From Paraspadella gotoi (Eukaryota; Animalia; Chaetognatha), in the NCBI GenBank assembly GCA_051294375.1, contig CM119267.1, positions 18,206,992-18,270,991 on the forward strand: a stretch of 64,000 bases of DNA, written 5' to 3'. The position numbers and the translations under genes are program-made. Positions 23,019-34,392 of the stretch are shown here, one piece after another. Each line of letters begins with the position of its first letter. The first letter of the stretch is position 1. The notes beneath the pieces were generated by a model that saw only the letters and a program-made list of their open reading frames with translations, did not search any database and was not told the DNA's origin.

Positions 23019-23248
23019 TGGTGATTCTAGAAGGACGTGACGATGCGTCACTGCGCAACTTCGAGATTTTGCCGATTAGAGATCTCAACCTGAGCGGCGA
23101 TTCATTCCAAATTGCGCAGATCGTGGAAATCGACGAATCAAGAATCCACAACTTTGAAATCAATCAAATTTTAAAAGCAAATTCAATTACAATAATTTCT
23201 AAAACCTGTTTTACTTGGAAAAAAAACTTAACCAATACAAAGCGAATC

Positions 23249-24494
23249 ATGTCTAGCCTGTACCCTACCCTGGAGGACATGCGCGTCGACGAGATGGCGC
23301 GGCAACAGGTTGCCCATCACGCGCCGCACGTGCAACCGGCGCAAGATGCCATCGGGTGGCAACTGCGCAACGACGCCATCGTCCAGGGCCATCAACTCCA
23401 CGCCTCCCTCTATCCTCAATTGGGAGAATACATGGGCATGGATCTGAGTCAGTATCAGGTGGGTCGAAAGTTTGAGAGAGATTGGAATTTGTGATTGATG
23501 AATGATTGGTAATTGATTTTTAAATTTTAATTCGGAATCTGTAATGGTTTGGCATTTTATTTAAATGTCTTTTATCTATTCCTCTAGATGGCCCCTTACC
23601 AACAACCCCGCGTTCCCGACCCCTGGATGGCGCTGAGAGAGGTGGGACCCGTGACCGGCGCGGCTGGGACTGTGGGGCTTCGGAAAGCGGAGATCAAGCA
23701 GGGTCTGCGCGAGGTGCGCCTCTGCAAAGACGCCAAAGGCATGGTCGGTCTCCGCGTCGAGAATGTCAACAACGGGATCTTCATCTGCTTCGTCCAGGCC
23801 AAATCGCCCGCTGCTATGGTCGGTCTCAGGTCAGAAAGTGGAAGAACTTGTAAAAAGTTGTCTGTCTTCATATATATCAGTACTGCGAACGAATTGATAT
23901 ACATAATACAATTATACAATATTCGAATATCCTGTCTATTTCTTTTCCCAGATTTGGTGACCAGATCCTTCAGATTGATGGAATCACAGTCGCTGGATGG
24001 GGCCTTTCCAAAGTTCACGATCATCTCCGCAAAAACACGGACCCTCACAACATCGCCATGGTGATCCGAGACCGTCCCTTCGATAGAACCATCACCATGC
24101 ACAAAGACTCCGCAAATAAGATAGGATTTCTCATTAAAGTAAGATTAACCTACTATAACTATCTGAAGTAATCAATCAATTTAAATCATTGATTAGACTG
24201 ATCATTGCTATTTTGTTTCGCTTTTCTTTTCCTATAAAGAACGGACGTATCACCGATATCGTTGCCGATTCGTCGGCGGCGCGCAACGGGATCCTGACCG
24301 ACCACGCAGTGTTGGAGATCGACGGACAGAATTGCGTCGGCATGAAGGACAAGGAGATAGCTGGACTCATCGACGACGCCCCGCGAACCGTCACCGTCAC
24401 CATCATGCCCTCTTTCGTCTACGACCACATGATGAAGCACATGAAGTCCGGTTTGGTCCGCAAGGAAATGGACCACTCCATTCCCGATGTCTGA
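23249..24494 (+). CDS. SDCBP: Syntenin (tandem PDZ domains), 4 exons
   Basis: MSSLYPTLEDM, LYPQLGEYMG, AEIKQGLREVRLCKD, FDRTITMHKDS, C-terminal MDHSIPDV. Confidence 0.95.
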
Positions 24495-24878
24495 TGACGT
24501 GGAATCGATTTTCGAGAGAAGTCGCTGGGCCCAGGTTTAAGAAGCGACAGTCTCTCTTTACGCGCCGGAATTAGATTACTATCGTTATATATGTTAACTA
24601 TTTGTACATTCCATTTTTTTTTCCTATTGACTACTTTAACATGATGGTAGATTTCTCATGGTCACAGTAAAAGAACGAAAAGAGATTACGAAAAAAGATT
24701 GTGATTCTTTGTATGATTTTGTAGAAAAAATGTTCTTGCTATTAATATCATTTGAATTGTTCGAATACACGAAAGAAGAAATAAAAACAAAAGGCGATCG
24801 AATAAAAATTTGTATTTTAGAAAAAATTATCTAAAAAATTAATCAAATTTTTGGGGAAAAAATGAGAAGAAGATCAAT

Positions 24879-27378
24879 CTAACAAGGACCGTTGTGCACC
24901 AGGCTAACGTCGTTATTCTGCATCCTTTGCGTACATTGATAAACTTCGAAGGAGCATTTGTTGCTCAAGGTTTTGCCGTCTGAGGAACACACGGGCGCGT
25001 ACATCTTGTTGCAAGGCTTGAAGCAGGGATGCTCGTTTCTCTTTTCACGACAGGGACCGGCGTGAGCGATGACCAAATCATTTCCCTCACGGGCTTTCTG
25101 GCATTGGTAAATCTCAAAGAGGCACCTGTTATTCAAAGTATGGCCATCGGAACTGCATTGTGGGTTCAGCACTCTGTCGCAAGGCTTCATGCAATCGTCT
25201 TCGGTCCTCTTCTCTTTGCAAGGCCCAGCATGTGCCAAAACCACATTATTTCCTTGACGCTCCTGCTGGCATTGGTACATCTCAAAGAGGCACTTGTTCC
25301 CCAGGGTCCGACCATCAGAACTGCATTGTGGGTTCAGCATCCTGTCACAAGGCTTTACACAAGGGTCATCGCTCCTTTTGCTTCTGCATGGTCCATCATG
25401 AGCCAAGACCACCTCGTTTCCTTGACTTGTCTGTTGGCATTGATAGATCTCAAAGAGGCACTTGTTTCCAAACGTTTTGCCATCAGAACTGCACACCGGT
25501 TTGAGCATTCGATTGCAAGGCTTAATGCAAGGGTCTTCGCTCCTCTTTTCTTTGCAAGGCCCTGAGTGAGCCAACACAACATTATTTCTTTGACGCTCCT
25601 GCTGGCATTGGTAGATATCAAAGAGGCACCTGTTGCCCAGGGTGCGTCCGTCTGAACTGCACTGAGGATTAAGCACTCGATCACAAGGCTTCACGCAAGG
25701 GTCATCGCTCCTCTTAGTTCTGCAAGGTCCATCATGAGCCAAGACCACCTCGTTTCCTTGACTTGCCTGTTGGCATTGATAGATCTCAAAGAGGCACTTG
25801 TTTCCAAACGTTTTTTCATCAGAACTGCACACCGGTTTGAGCATTCGATTGCAAGGCTTCATGCAGGGGTCTTCGCTCCTCTTTTCTTTGCAAGGTCCTG
25901 CGTGAGCCAAAACCACATTATTTCCTTGACGCTCTTGCTGACATTGGTAGATCTCAAAAAGGCACCTATTGTCCAGGGTGCGGCCGTCTGAACTACACTG
26001 GGGGTTAAGCACTTTGTCACAAGGCTTCATGCATTCATCTTCGCTTCTCTTCTCCCTGCAAGGACCGACATGGGCCAAAGACACTTCAACATTCTCTTTG
26101 CGGAGTTCGCATTGATACGCCTCAAAGTTGCATTTGCTAGCAAAGGTTTTGCCATCTGAGCTACAGACTGGGGCCCATATCGCAGGACATGCTCTCATGC
26201 ATTCGTTCTCGCTGCTTCTCTTTTCCCTGCATGGACCGGCGTGAACCAGAGAAACCTCAACATTTTCCTTAAGTTGCTCGCATTGATAAGCTTCAAATTG
26301 GCACTTATTATCAAAAGTTTTGCCATCAGAGCTGCACACTGGCGCCCAGATAGCCGGGCAAGCCCTCAAGCAATCTTGGACCGGAGCACTTCGCTGCTCC
26401 TCACAAACGCCCATGTGCACCTTGACTATCGATGGTCCGTTTTGCATCTTTGACCTGCAATCGGCGACTTCCAAGCGACAAGGGTTGCTGTAGGTCTTGC
26501 CGTTGGACGCGCAGACCGGACGCCAGTCCGACGTGCAGATGACGGGACATTCCTGGTAAGTGGCCAGACAGGCTCCCTCGTGTTCCAACGTGATCTCCTC
26601 TCCGTTGTCCTTGAAGGAGCGGCAAGAAGCCGCCTCCAAATAGCAATCGTTGTCGTAGGTCTTGCCGTCCGATCCGCAGACGGGATGCCAGACAGCGGGG
26701 CAGACGATCTTAGAATGAGAACAGTGGGTGAATGACATATTTAACTATACATACTTTTTATTGATTGATAATTTTATATTGGTTGGATCAATTTCATTAA
26801 TCAGGGCCACTAACAATACTAAGGAATATCGGTATTTTTCCTAGAAAAAATTTGTTTCTCAAGATTTTTTTTTCCTGGATATTTAAAATTAAACATTCGT
26901 TTATTATTCCTAGTCCGCTGAATGTCATGAATTGTTTGTTCAGAAAAAAAAAGGAATGATGAAAACTTGACACCAAAACCGGCGACTTCTCTTACCGGGC
27001 ATCCGCTGACGACCTCCTGGCACTCTCCATCGTGAGCGATGGCCACGTCGACGTTCTCTTCCCGCTTGAGGCATTGATACACTTCGAACTCACACTTGTT
27101 GGGCAGTGTCTTCCCGTCGCTGGAGCAGACGGGCATGTAGATCCTGGTGCAGACCTTTTTGCAATCCTCCGCCGCGGCGGCCAGGGCAACAATGGCAAAG
27201 AGCGCTACGATCGACTGGAGCGGATAGAAAGGGGGGAGGTGGCGTTGGAGTAACATGAACGAACATTAACATTAACATAACAACGAACATTAACCGCTGG
27301 ATTTCATTCTCGATAAATATAAAGAATCTTTCACGACGGACGACGATTGTGATCGTGAGAAAAAAAACTTACCTTCAT
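24879..27378 (-). CDS. Secreted 12-domain Kazal-type protease inhibitor polyprotein
   Basis: Exon 1 is ATGAAG|GT, followed by the signal SIVALFAIVALAAA. Twelve C-x3-C-x7-C..T..N.C..C..C domains, with 168/336-nt internal repeat periodicity. Confidence 0.92.
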
Positions 27379-28267
27379 CGTGAAATATTTTCGTTTCGAA
27401 AATGACGACAGTGACGAGAATAAGCCGCGTCCTTTAAATATGACCCCTTATCTAATTTTCAGTGAAATTTGCAGGTGATTTTCCGGATTTTTAATTTTCA
27501 TCAAAAAAAAACAACAAAAAACGTAATGAAGTCAAATAAAGTGCTTTTTTTATTTACTATTACTAGTTACTGTACATTAGATTTTTTATACGACGACTTG
27601 CCCTTAATTTTACTGTAATAATTCAGTATATATTTATTTACATTCAGAAATTCATTACATTTCATTTCATTTCATTGAAATAGATTTATAATAAGAAAGC
27701 AAACTTTTTAAATTAAAGTAAGTGGTCATTTTACCAGCTTATGAGTATTTCATCATAGTAATAGATGCATATCGTTCAAATTCTTTAATTGTAAAGCGAT
27801 TATGCTTTTCAAACAAATATTAAAATTCCATCATAGTAATAGGTGCATGTCGTTGAAGTTCTTTAATAGTAAATAATAGTAAATAGATTATGCTTTTAAA
27901 ACAAATATTTTCATAAAAAGTTTTTTTACGGACAAAGAATGAATTCATGAACAAAACAAAACAACAATTTTCGTTGCTACAAAATCAAATTCCAGAAAAG
28001 GATCTTGTCACCGATTAAACTTTAAAATAAATCAAATCTTTATTCCTGGATAAACGTTACCTTTGTGTCTCCCGAATGCAAAATCACGACGATTTTTTTC
28101 AATTCGACATATGTCAGACCGCGGAAACGGGGAATAAGAACTTTGAACCTCCTCAGTTTTGAGGACCAATAAATTTTCCTTCTATTTTCCTCAAATACAT
28201 ATTTTTTTTTCACTTCACTTTTTTTTTAGTTTTTCTTTTTCTTTTTTATTTTCTTCTTTTGATCGCT

Positions 28268-29011
28268 ATGGGTCTCGGAGCCTCTAAAGTCAGAGAACAT
28301 GGGAAAAACACAGAGTAAATAACATTGTGTGATTGGAATAACGTATGGCTTTAGTTTGATGCATTGGACTATGCCAGCTTGTCATTCACAATCAACGACG
28401 ACGAAATGAACCCTTAATCAGCCCAGAAGCGCCTCCGATTCTATCGTCGCTCGACTTTCCCGACGTCGACAACGAAACTCTTCCACTCAGTCGGTCTCCT
28501 CGCCGCGATGACGAGGCCGATACGGTCGACTGGATCGTCACCGACACGCCGCTAGGATGGCCCCGAATCGCCGGCGACGCGAGACTCCAACGGGTCTTCA
28601 ACGCCTCCAATTCCAACGGGCGATGGGACGACACGAGCGCGAGCTCACCGTCCGGATCGACCTCGTGGCCCCTCGGCGCCATATGGAGCGGACCGGTGGC
28701 GCCGACTATCGTCAGCGACGGGCATCTTCGCGTCCTCCGTCTGCACATCCTGATCTTCGAGATCGGGGGACCGACGCTGGAGCGAGAGATGAGGAGAAGA
28801 GCCGAGGAGCACGGGGGTTGGAAGGAATGGTTGGAGGCGAATCGGGGAGATGTTTACAGGTTTACAGGAAGGGCGATGAGTTTGACGAATGTTTAGAGCA
28901 CAAGGCAAGATAATAAGAATCAGTTGTCCATATTCGATCAAATTTAAACATTTTCCTTGTGTTATAAACTTTCTTTTCGTTGTGTAAAGATATTAGTGAA
29001 AAGTTTTAAAC

Positions 29012-29051
<40 letters not shown>

Positions 29052-30342
29052 AAAAGATTTCCAACACAGAGTTGAGTAAAGGACAGTGGTCAGATGTGAG
29101 GACAGGCTGTAGGTAAGGCCAGATTGAGTGAGTTTTGAAACATATTTCCTTAATGATTAATCGTGCTTCTTTTTAGTCTCGATATTATACTGGGAAATGT
29201 GCGTAATCTGGTTTTTCTTCCGTCAATAAACAGAACCTAACAATTTATAACCTCACAATTATTCAGATACCAATTCATCAATAAAATGGGCGGCAGAGTC
29301 TTACCCAACCCCGATCCGTCCTCGTGGGACATCACTTTCCTGACTTACCTCAGCCGATGTCGCGGCATGACCCTCTCCGGCAAAAAAAAGGGCGCGGCCG
29401 ACAAGTTGAGGGAATTTCGGAACATGCTCAGTCACGAGTTGAAGACGAGTATCGAGGAAAGCGAGTTCGAGGTTCGCGGGAAGAATATATGACTAATTAT
29501 CAGTATTAAGTAATCAAGTTGATGAGAAGAATAATTAAAAAAAGGCTAGCTCTTAACCAATATAAAATTTATTCATTCATTTAATAAATAAGCTATCTTG
29601 CCCCTGACTGACGACAGTCAAAAATTAGACATTCGAATTTTGAATCTATTTTAAATTTCGACTATCAGGGACACTGGAAGAAAATATCCAATTCCATCTT
29701 GTCTCTGGTTGATGGCGCGGATCACAACAGACTCAAAAATGAAATCGGCAATTTGAAGCGATTGCAGTTGCCTCACTTAGGCTTTAGATCCTCGGCCACT
29801 TGTGGCTGCAACGATCCGTCCTGCGGCCAGAGAGATCAGTTGGTGGAGGCTTTAGAGAGGGTCAGTATAGTCACCTTATTTAGGGAGGGAATGTTTTGGC
29901 TTAACAATATGTTTTTACGACAATTAAAGAAAAGTTAAAGGCAACCAAAATAAATTGAAACTTGTATTTAAACAGAATTCGGACAACACGAACAACCAAA
30001 ACGGAGAAAGCATATTCAGGTGGAAAAGATGTTCTTTTGTAGATTTTTATTTCTTCCGCTCTTACAGAAAAATTGTCAAGGACAAAGAGAATTACTCGCT
30101 ATTAAGAAAGAGTATCGAGTAACTAACTGGAGCTTAACAGGAGTATCGACTGATCAAATTGTTCCGTCCTTTTTCCTGCTGAAATTCATTAATGGCCAAG
30201 ATAGTAGTTTTTTTTGTTTTTGTATAAATTTGCTTTTCGCCTTAGAATCCCTTGCTGGAATTGTGGCGGCGCGAGAAGAGTCTTCGCCAACGTCGCGCCC
30301 TCTAGCGCGAATTTCGCCAGTAATGAATTGATCCTTGTTTAA
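28268..30342 (+). CDS. Putatively N-myristoylated protein with a DZIP3-like HEPN domain (6-7 exons; 3' end uncertain)
   Basis: In-frame GT-AG splicing gives MGLGASK|LVIH..RLHILIFEIGGPTLEREM..SWDITFLTYL..KLREFRNMLSHELKTSIEESEFE|GHWKKI. The RxxxxH motif is at 29418-29435. Confidence 0.65.
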
Positions 30343-30638
30343 CCAATTTATAATTATTTCTCAGCATAAAATGAAACTATTATAATTTATATTAAATAAA
30401 GTTCGGCTGCAAGAGATTCCTTGCATTTTTATTTGATTTAAAACTTTTTTAGGATTACTAAGGTGATGAAAATTATTTTTTATGATTCGGTCCCCGTCTC
30501 ACGGTCACAAGATCGAGTTAAATCACTTTTCTTTCAATAGAACCATCCATCCCACATCTGTACGTATTTTTCACAGTAATTTTTAAAACTTTAAACCTCA
30601 ACCATTGGTTTTTCTATCCCTTCATCGTCCCGTCCCTT

Positions 30639-32356
30639 TTAACACAACCCCTCTTGCGCCATCTGAATTTCGATCCCGTCAGCCTCCATCCGGCAGCGAT
30701 AAACTTGGAAGCGGCATTTGTTCCGGAAAGTCTTTCCGTCTGACGAGCAGACGGGTTCGATCTTTCTGTCGCAATCTCGTTCGCAATCAGCGCCACCTTC
30801 CCCTTCACGTTCGCCGCCGCATCCCGTCCCGTCGCGGCTCCGCACACCAATATCGGGTCCGCCGCGGCGCCGCGACTCGCAACTGGCGACGCGAAGTCGA
30901 CAGACGTTGGCATAGGATCGCCCGTCCGTTCCGCATACGTGCTGGCGCTCGGTCGGGCAGCGCCGCTCGCATTCGTCGCACGGCCCCTCGGAGATGAGGT
31001 CGATGCCGGCGTCGTCGCCGCGACGTGCGCGGCAGGAAGCGGCCTGTAGAACGCAGGCGCTTGGGTAGGTTCGTCCGTCGCTGCCGCAGACGGGTCGATA
31101 GATCTCGGGACATGCGGAGGGAACCTGGCGACACGAGGGAGGCGCGCGACATTTGTTTCATAATAAGGAAAAACAAAAAAATTATCGGACTATTGATAAA
31201 CAATTAGGCAACAGGGGCATATCATATCCACCTCGCATTCTCCCACATCCTCGCAGGGGCCGCGTTTGATGATGGTAACGGCGCCCTCTCCTGCCATCAA
31301 GTGGCGACAGGCGTGGTTGTGAAACTCGCAGACGTTTGGCAGAGTTTTGCCGTCGGAAGAGCAGACGGGGTCCAAATTGCGAGGGCAGGCCTCAATCTGG
31401 AGGGAAAGTAATTGTTGCTTACTCTTGCAGATATTTTTTTATCCACTAATGAATTTAATCAATTCAGTGACGGTGATGTAATTCAGCGTTATTGTAATGG
31501 TTCGATGAAACTGTGTACATTTTCTTTTTAAGCCGCTTGCTATTTATTGGTACGAGGCTCTACTTCTGGTAGTTCGAAAAAGTAAAACGTTTTGATGGCA
31601 CCTGCCATCCCCACCTGGCACTTGACGTCCTCGCATCTCCCGTCTTTTCTTTTCTTCACTTCAATTCCTTTTTGCCTCATTTGGCATCTGTGATTCTCGA
31701 ACTCGCACTGGTTGGGGAACGTAACGTCGTCGCTGGCGCACACCGGCGCTAAATTACGCGGGCAGGGACGGAGCTTCGGAGAGAGTGGTAATCATGGACG
31801 CGGCGGGGAAAAAGGGAGTGATCGCGATCATAAATAGTAGTTGTATTCCCCGTAATAAATATTAACCAATAACCAAGCTAAGGTTTCTTTTTTACTGGGC
31901 TTAATCGATAGAGATGTTTTTATGCGAAATTGATTACGAACTCTTACGATTACTTACATTAACTTCTAGTTCATTTCACCCATTCATCGTACGTCTTAAC
32001 TACGTCCATTCCACGTACAAAACCTACCTCGCACACGGGACCCCGCTCTATTTCGCAGGCTCCCTCGTGCGCGACCTCTATGGCCACGCCCCTCAGCTCC
32101 ATTGCGCACCGGTAGTTGTCGAACTCGCACGCATTGGGCAGCGTGCGGCCGTCGGAAGAGCAGACGGGCGCCGCATTTCTAGGGCACGGACGGTCGCACT
32201 CGTTGGCGGAGGCGGAAACGGCGACGATGACTAATAAGAGGATCCTCTGCAATTGGAATATTGATTTTATTCCTTTTTTTAATATAGATAATTTCAGATT
32301 TAAAATTCATTTATTATTTTAGTAGCGTTCAATCATTCATATTCAGGAATTACCAT
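30639..32356 (-). CDS. Secreted 6-domain Kazal-type protease inhibitor
   Basis: ATG|GT then the signal [14 protein letters not shown]. Domains [45 protein letters not shown] and CDRKIEPVC. Confidence 0.88.
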
Positions 32357-34392
32357 GGCTTTAAAATTTAAAAAAAAAGTTTTTTGACAGAAGAAAATTT
32401 TTTCACATTAGGTCCGGTCGTAATCTTATCGAAACGAACACTTAACACAATTTTGGGCTCGAAAGGGAACTCTGGTAAAGCGAAATATCGAATTGAATAT
32501 CGCAATGAAGGGAGATTAAGTAGGTACGTTCTTTGATGAAGTCTTGGTTTTCAATAAGCTATTTACGTGTGTAACTTTCTTTTAAACCAATTGCATGGGA
32601 CTTGGTCACCTGTAATGCGTTTTCCATGCTATAGTATTTCTAAACCCCTAAAATTATGCTTGTGGGCTTCGAAAACAAAGCAGCTTTGATCGACCCAAAA
32701 ATTATCTAAATAAACCTATCAGGCTCGGTGGTCCGTCGAATTCACTGCTTATATTCGCAGTAAGAAGAAAAAAATTCATATCACATTACTCATGTATTTG
32801 TTTTAAAATTGCGCTTGAAATTAACAATGAATTCAATTTTTATTATTTTAAAATGTTCAAACAATCAAATGAAAAAATAAAAACGAAATAAAAATCTAAA
32901 TCAGACTGGAGAAAGGATTTCATCTTGCGTAGTATTAGAAACTAGAAATTGCCAAATCTTTCTATCGATTCTGTTGCATTCTTTAAAACTAATAAGACAA
33001 TCTGGGAAGCAAAGAATATTGCTATAAGGAGAGCTAATTGTTTTGAATAACGTCAATGCAGTTGAAAAAAAAAAATTAAACAGTTTCGAGTAATACGTAA
33101 AACTTAAATTTCAATAAATTCATTATAACCACGGCTTTAATCATAATAAGTCGACCTCATCAGCCAAACGAGAAACAGTAATCTCAAACGTCTTAGTATT
33201 TTCAACTTAAACTTGCTTTTACAACTGGCGAGGAGAATATCGGAGCACCGTTAAAACAGCTAAAAAAAACATCCAGTTAAATTTTAACGAGTTTTGATAA
33301 TAAACTGTTCAGATATTAATCCGGGCTGACGATAATCTTATCTGCCATAAGGCACTCGTTTCTTTTTAGATTTCTAACCATTCTTTCGTTGTGGTGAAAA
33401 GAAATTAACCTTAAAACGCGCGACTGTATTCTGTAAAATGGTCATTGGACTATCATGTATTATTAGTAAGGAAGAAATTTTACATTATGTACAAATACAA
33501 GCCTCCGTTTTACAGCCATACGGCGGAAATAATAATTCATGAACGAGTGCGAGAATTTCTATTGGTAGACCGTTAAATTTCATATTAAAGTCATGCACTG
33601 ATGAGGGTTGGCTTCCTTTTAATATTGGAAAAAAAACATTGCATTGCAAATTCCTCCACCCCAGTATAATTTCTAAGCTTACGCTCATAAATGTTAGGCT
33701 GGAAAGTTAAAAAAAATAAATACACGATGTATTGACTAAAAAACGAAAGTGGTTCATCAAGCGGGAAAGAAAATATGAACTAGTAAAAATAAAAAGCAGT
33801 CGCCTCAAAAACGACACTAGTCTAAAAATTGAAAAAAACGAATTTAAAATAATAAAATGATGCCTACGAACGATACCTAGCGGCGATCACAATGACGGTG
33901 GTGAGAGAGATTTAAAACGTAAAGGAATTGCATACGCTGACATAGCAAATCGATTGACTTTAAAAGTAAGGTTGCTGCTTTCTCTTTTCAGCATTAAAAA
34001 AAAAACACACAATTTAATCGCTCAAGCTTGGAATAAAAGAAACTACCAACATAGAACATAGTTTCCTATTTTGGTATGCGCACAATGACAAAAGTACAAC
34101 CTGATGAGGAGAGAATTTCTGTCTTTGTTACCGTTTTATCTTGGCCGCCTTGAGAGGGCAAAGATTAATTCATGTTTTCGGTTCGGTAAAAAAAAAACCG
34201 GATCGACCTTTAATCTCTGGCACGAAATAACAACAACCGAAAAAAGAAAAAAGAAAACGTTGTAACACATAAGAATAAAAATCGATTCTCACGAAACCGA
34301 GAGATTGTCTCCTTTTAATGGATGAGGTTTGGCGATTTCCCATTCAGTGAAGGGGGCGGGCAAAGGAAGGGAAAGAACGGAAACGGCAATTC

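Noticed and set aside
22675-23248. ORFs 22811-23494 (+) and 22675-23163 (-) as a separate gene or a syntenin extension
   Set aside because: Non-ATG starts and no recognisable domain. Syntenin homology starts at the ATG at 23249.
24900-26300. CRISPR-like regularly spaced repeats
   Set aside because: The periodicity is coding Kazal domain repetition with no unique spacers, and the context is eukaryotic.
29555-29617. ~60-bp sequence shared with 45880-45943
   Set aside because: Probably a fragment of a dispersed repeat. No termini or structure allow it to be classified.
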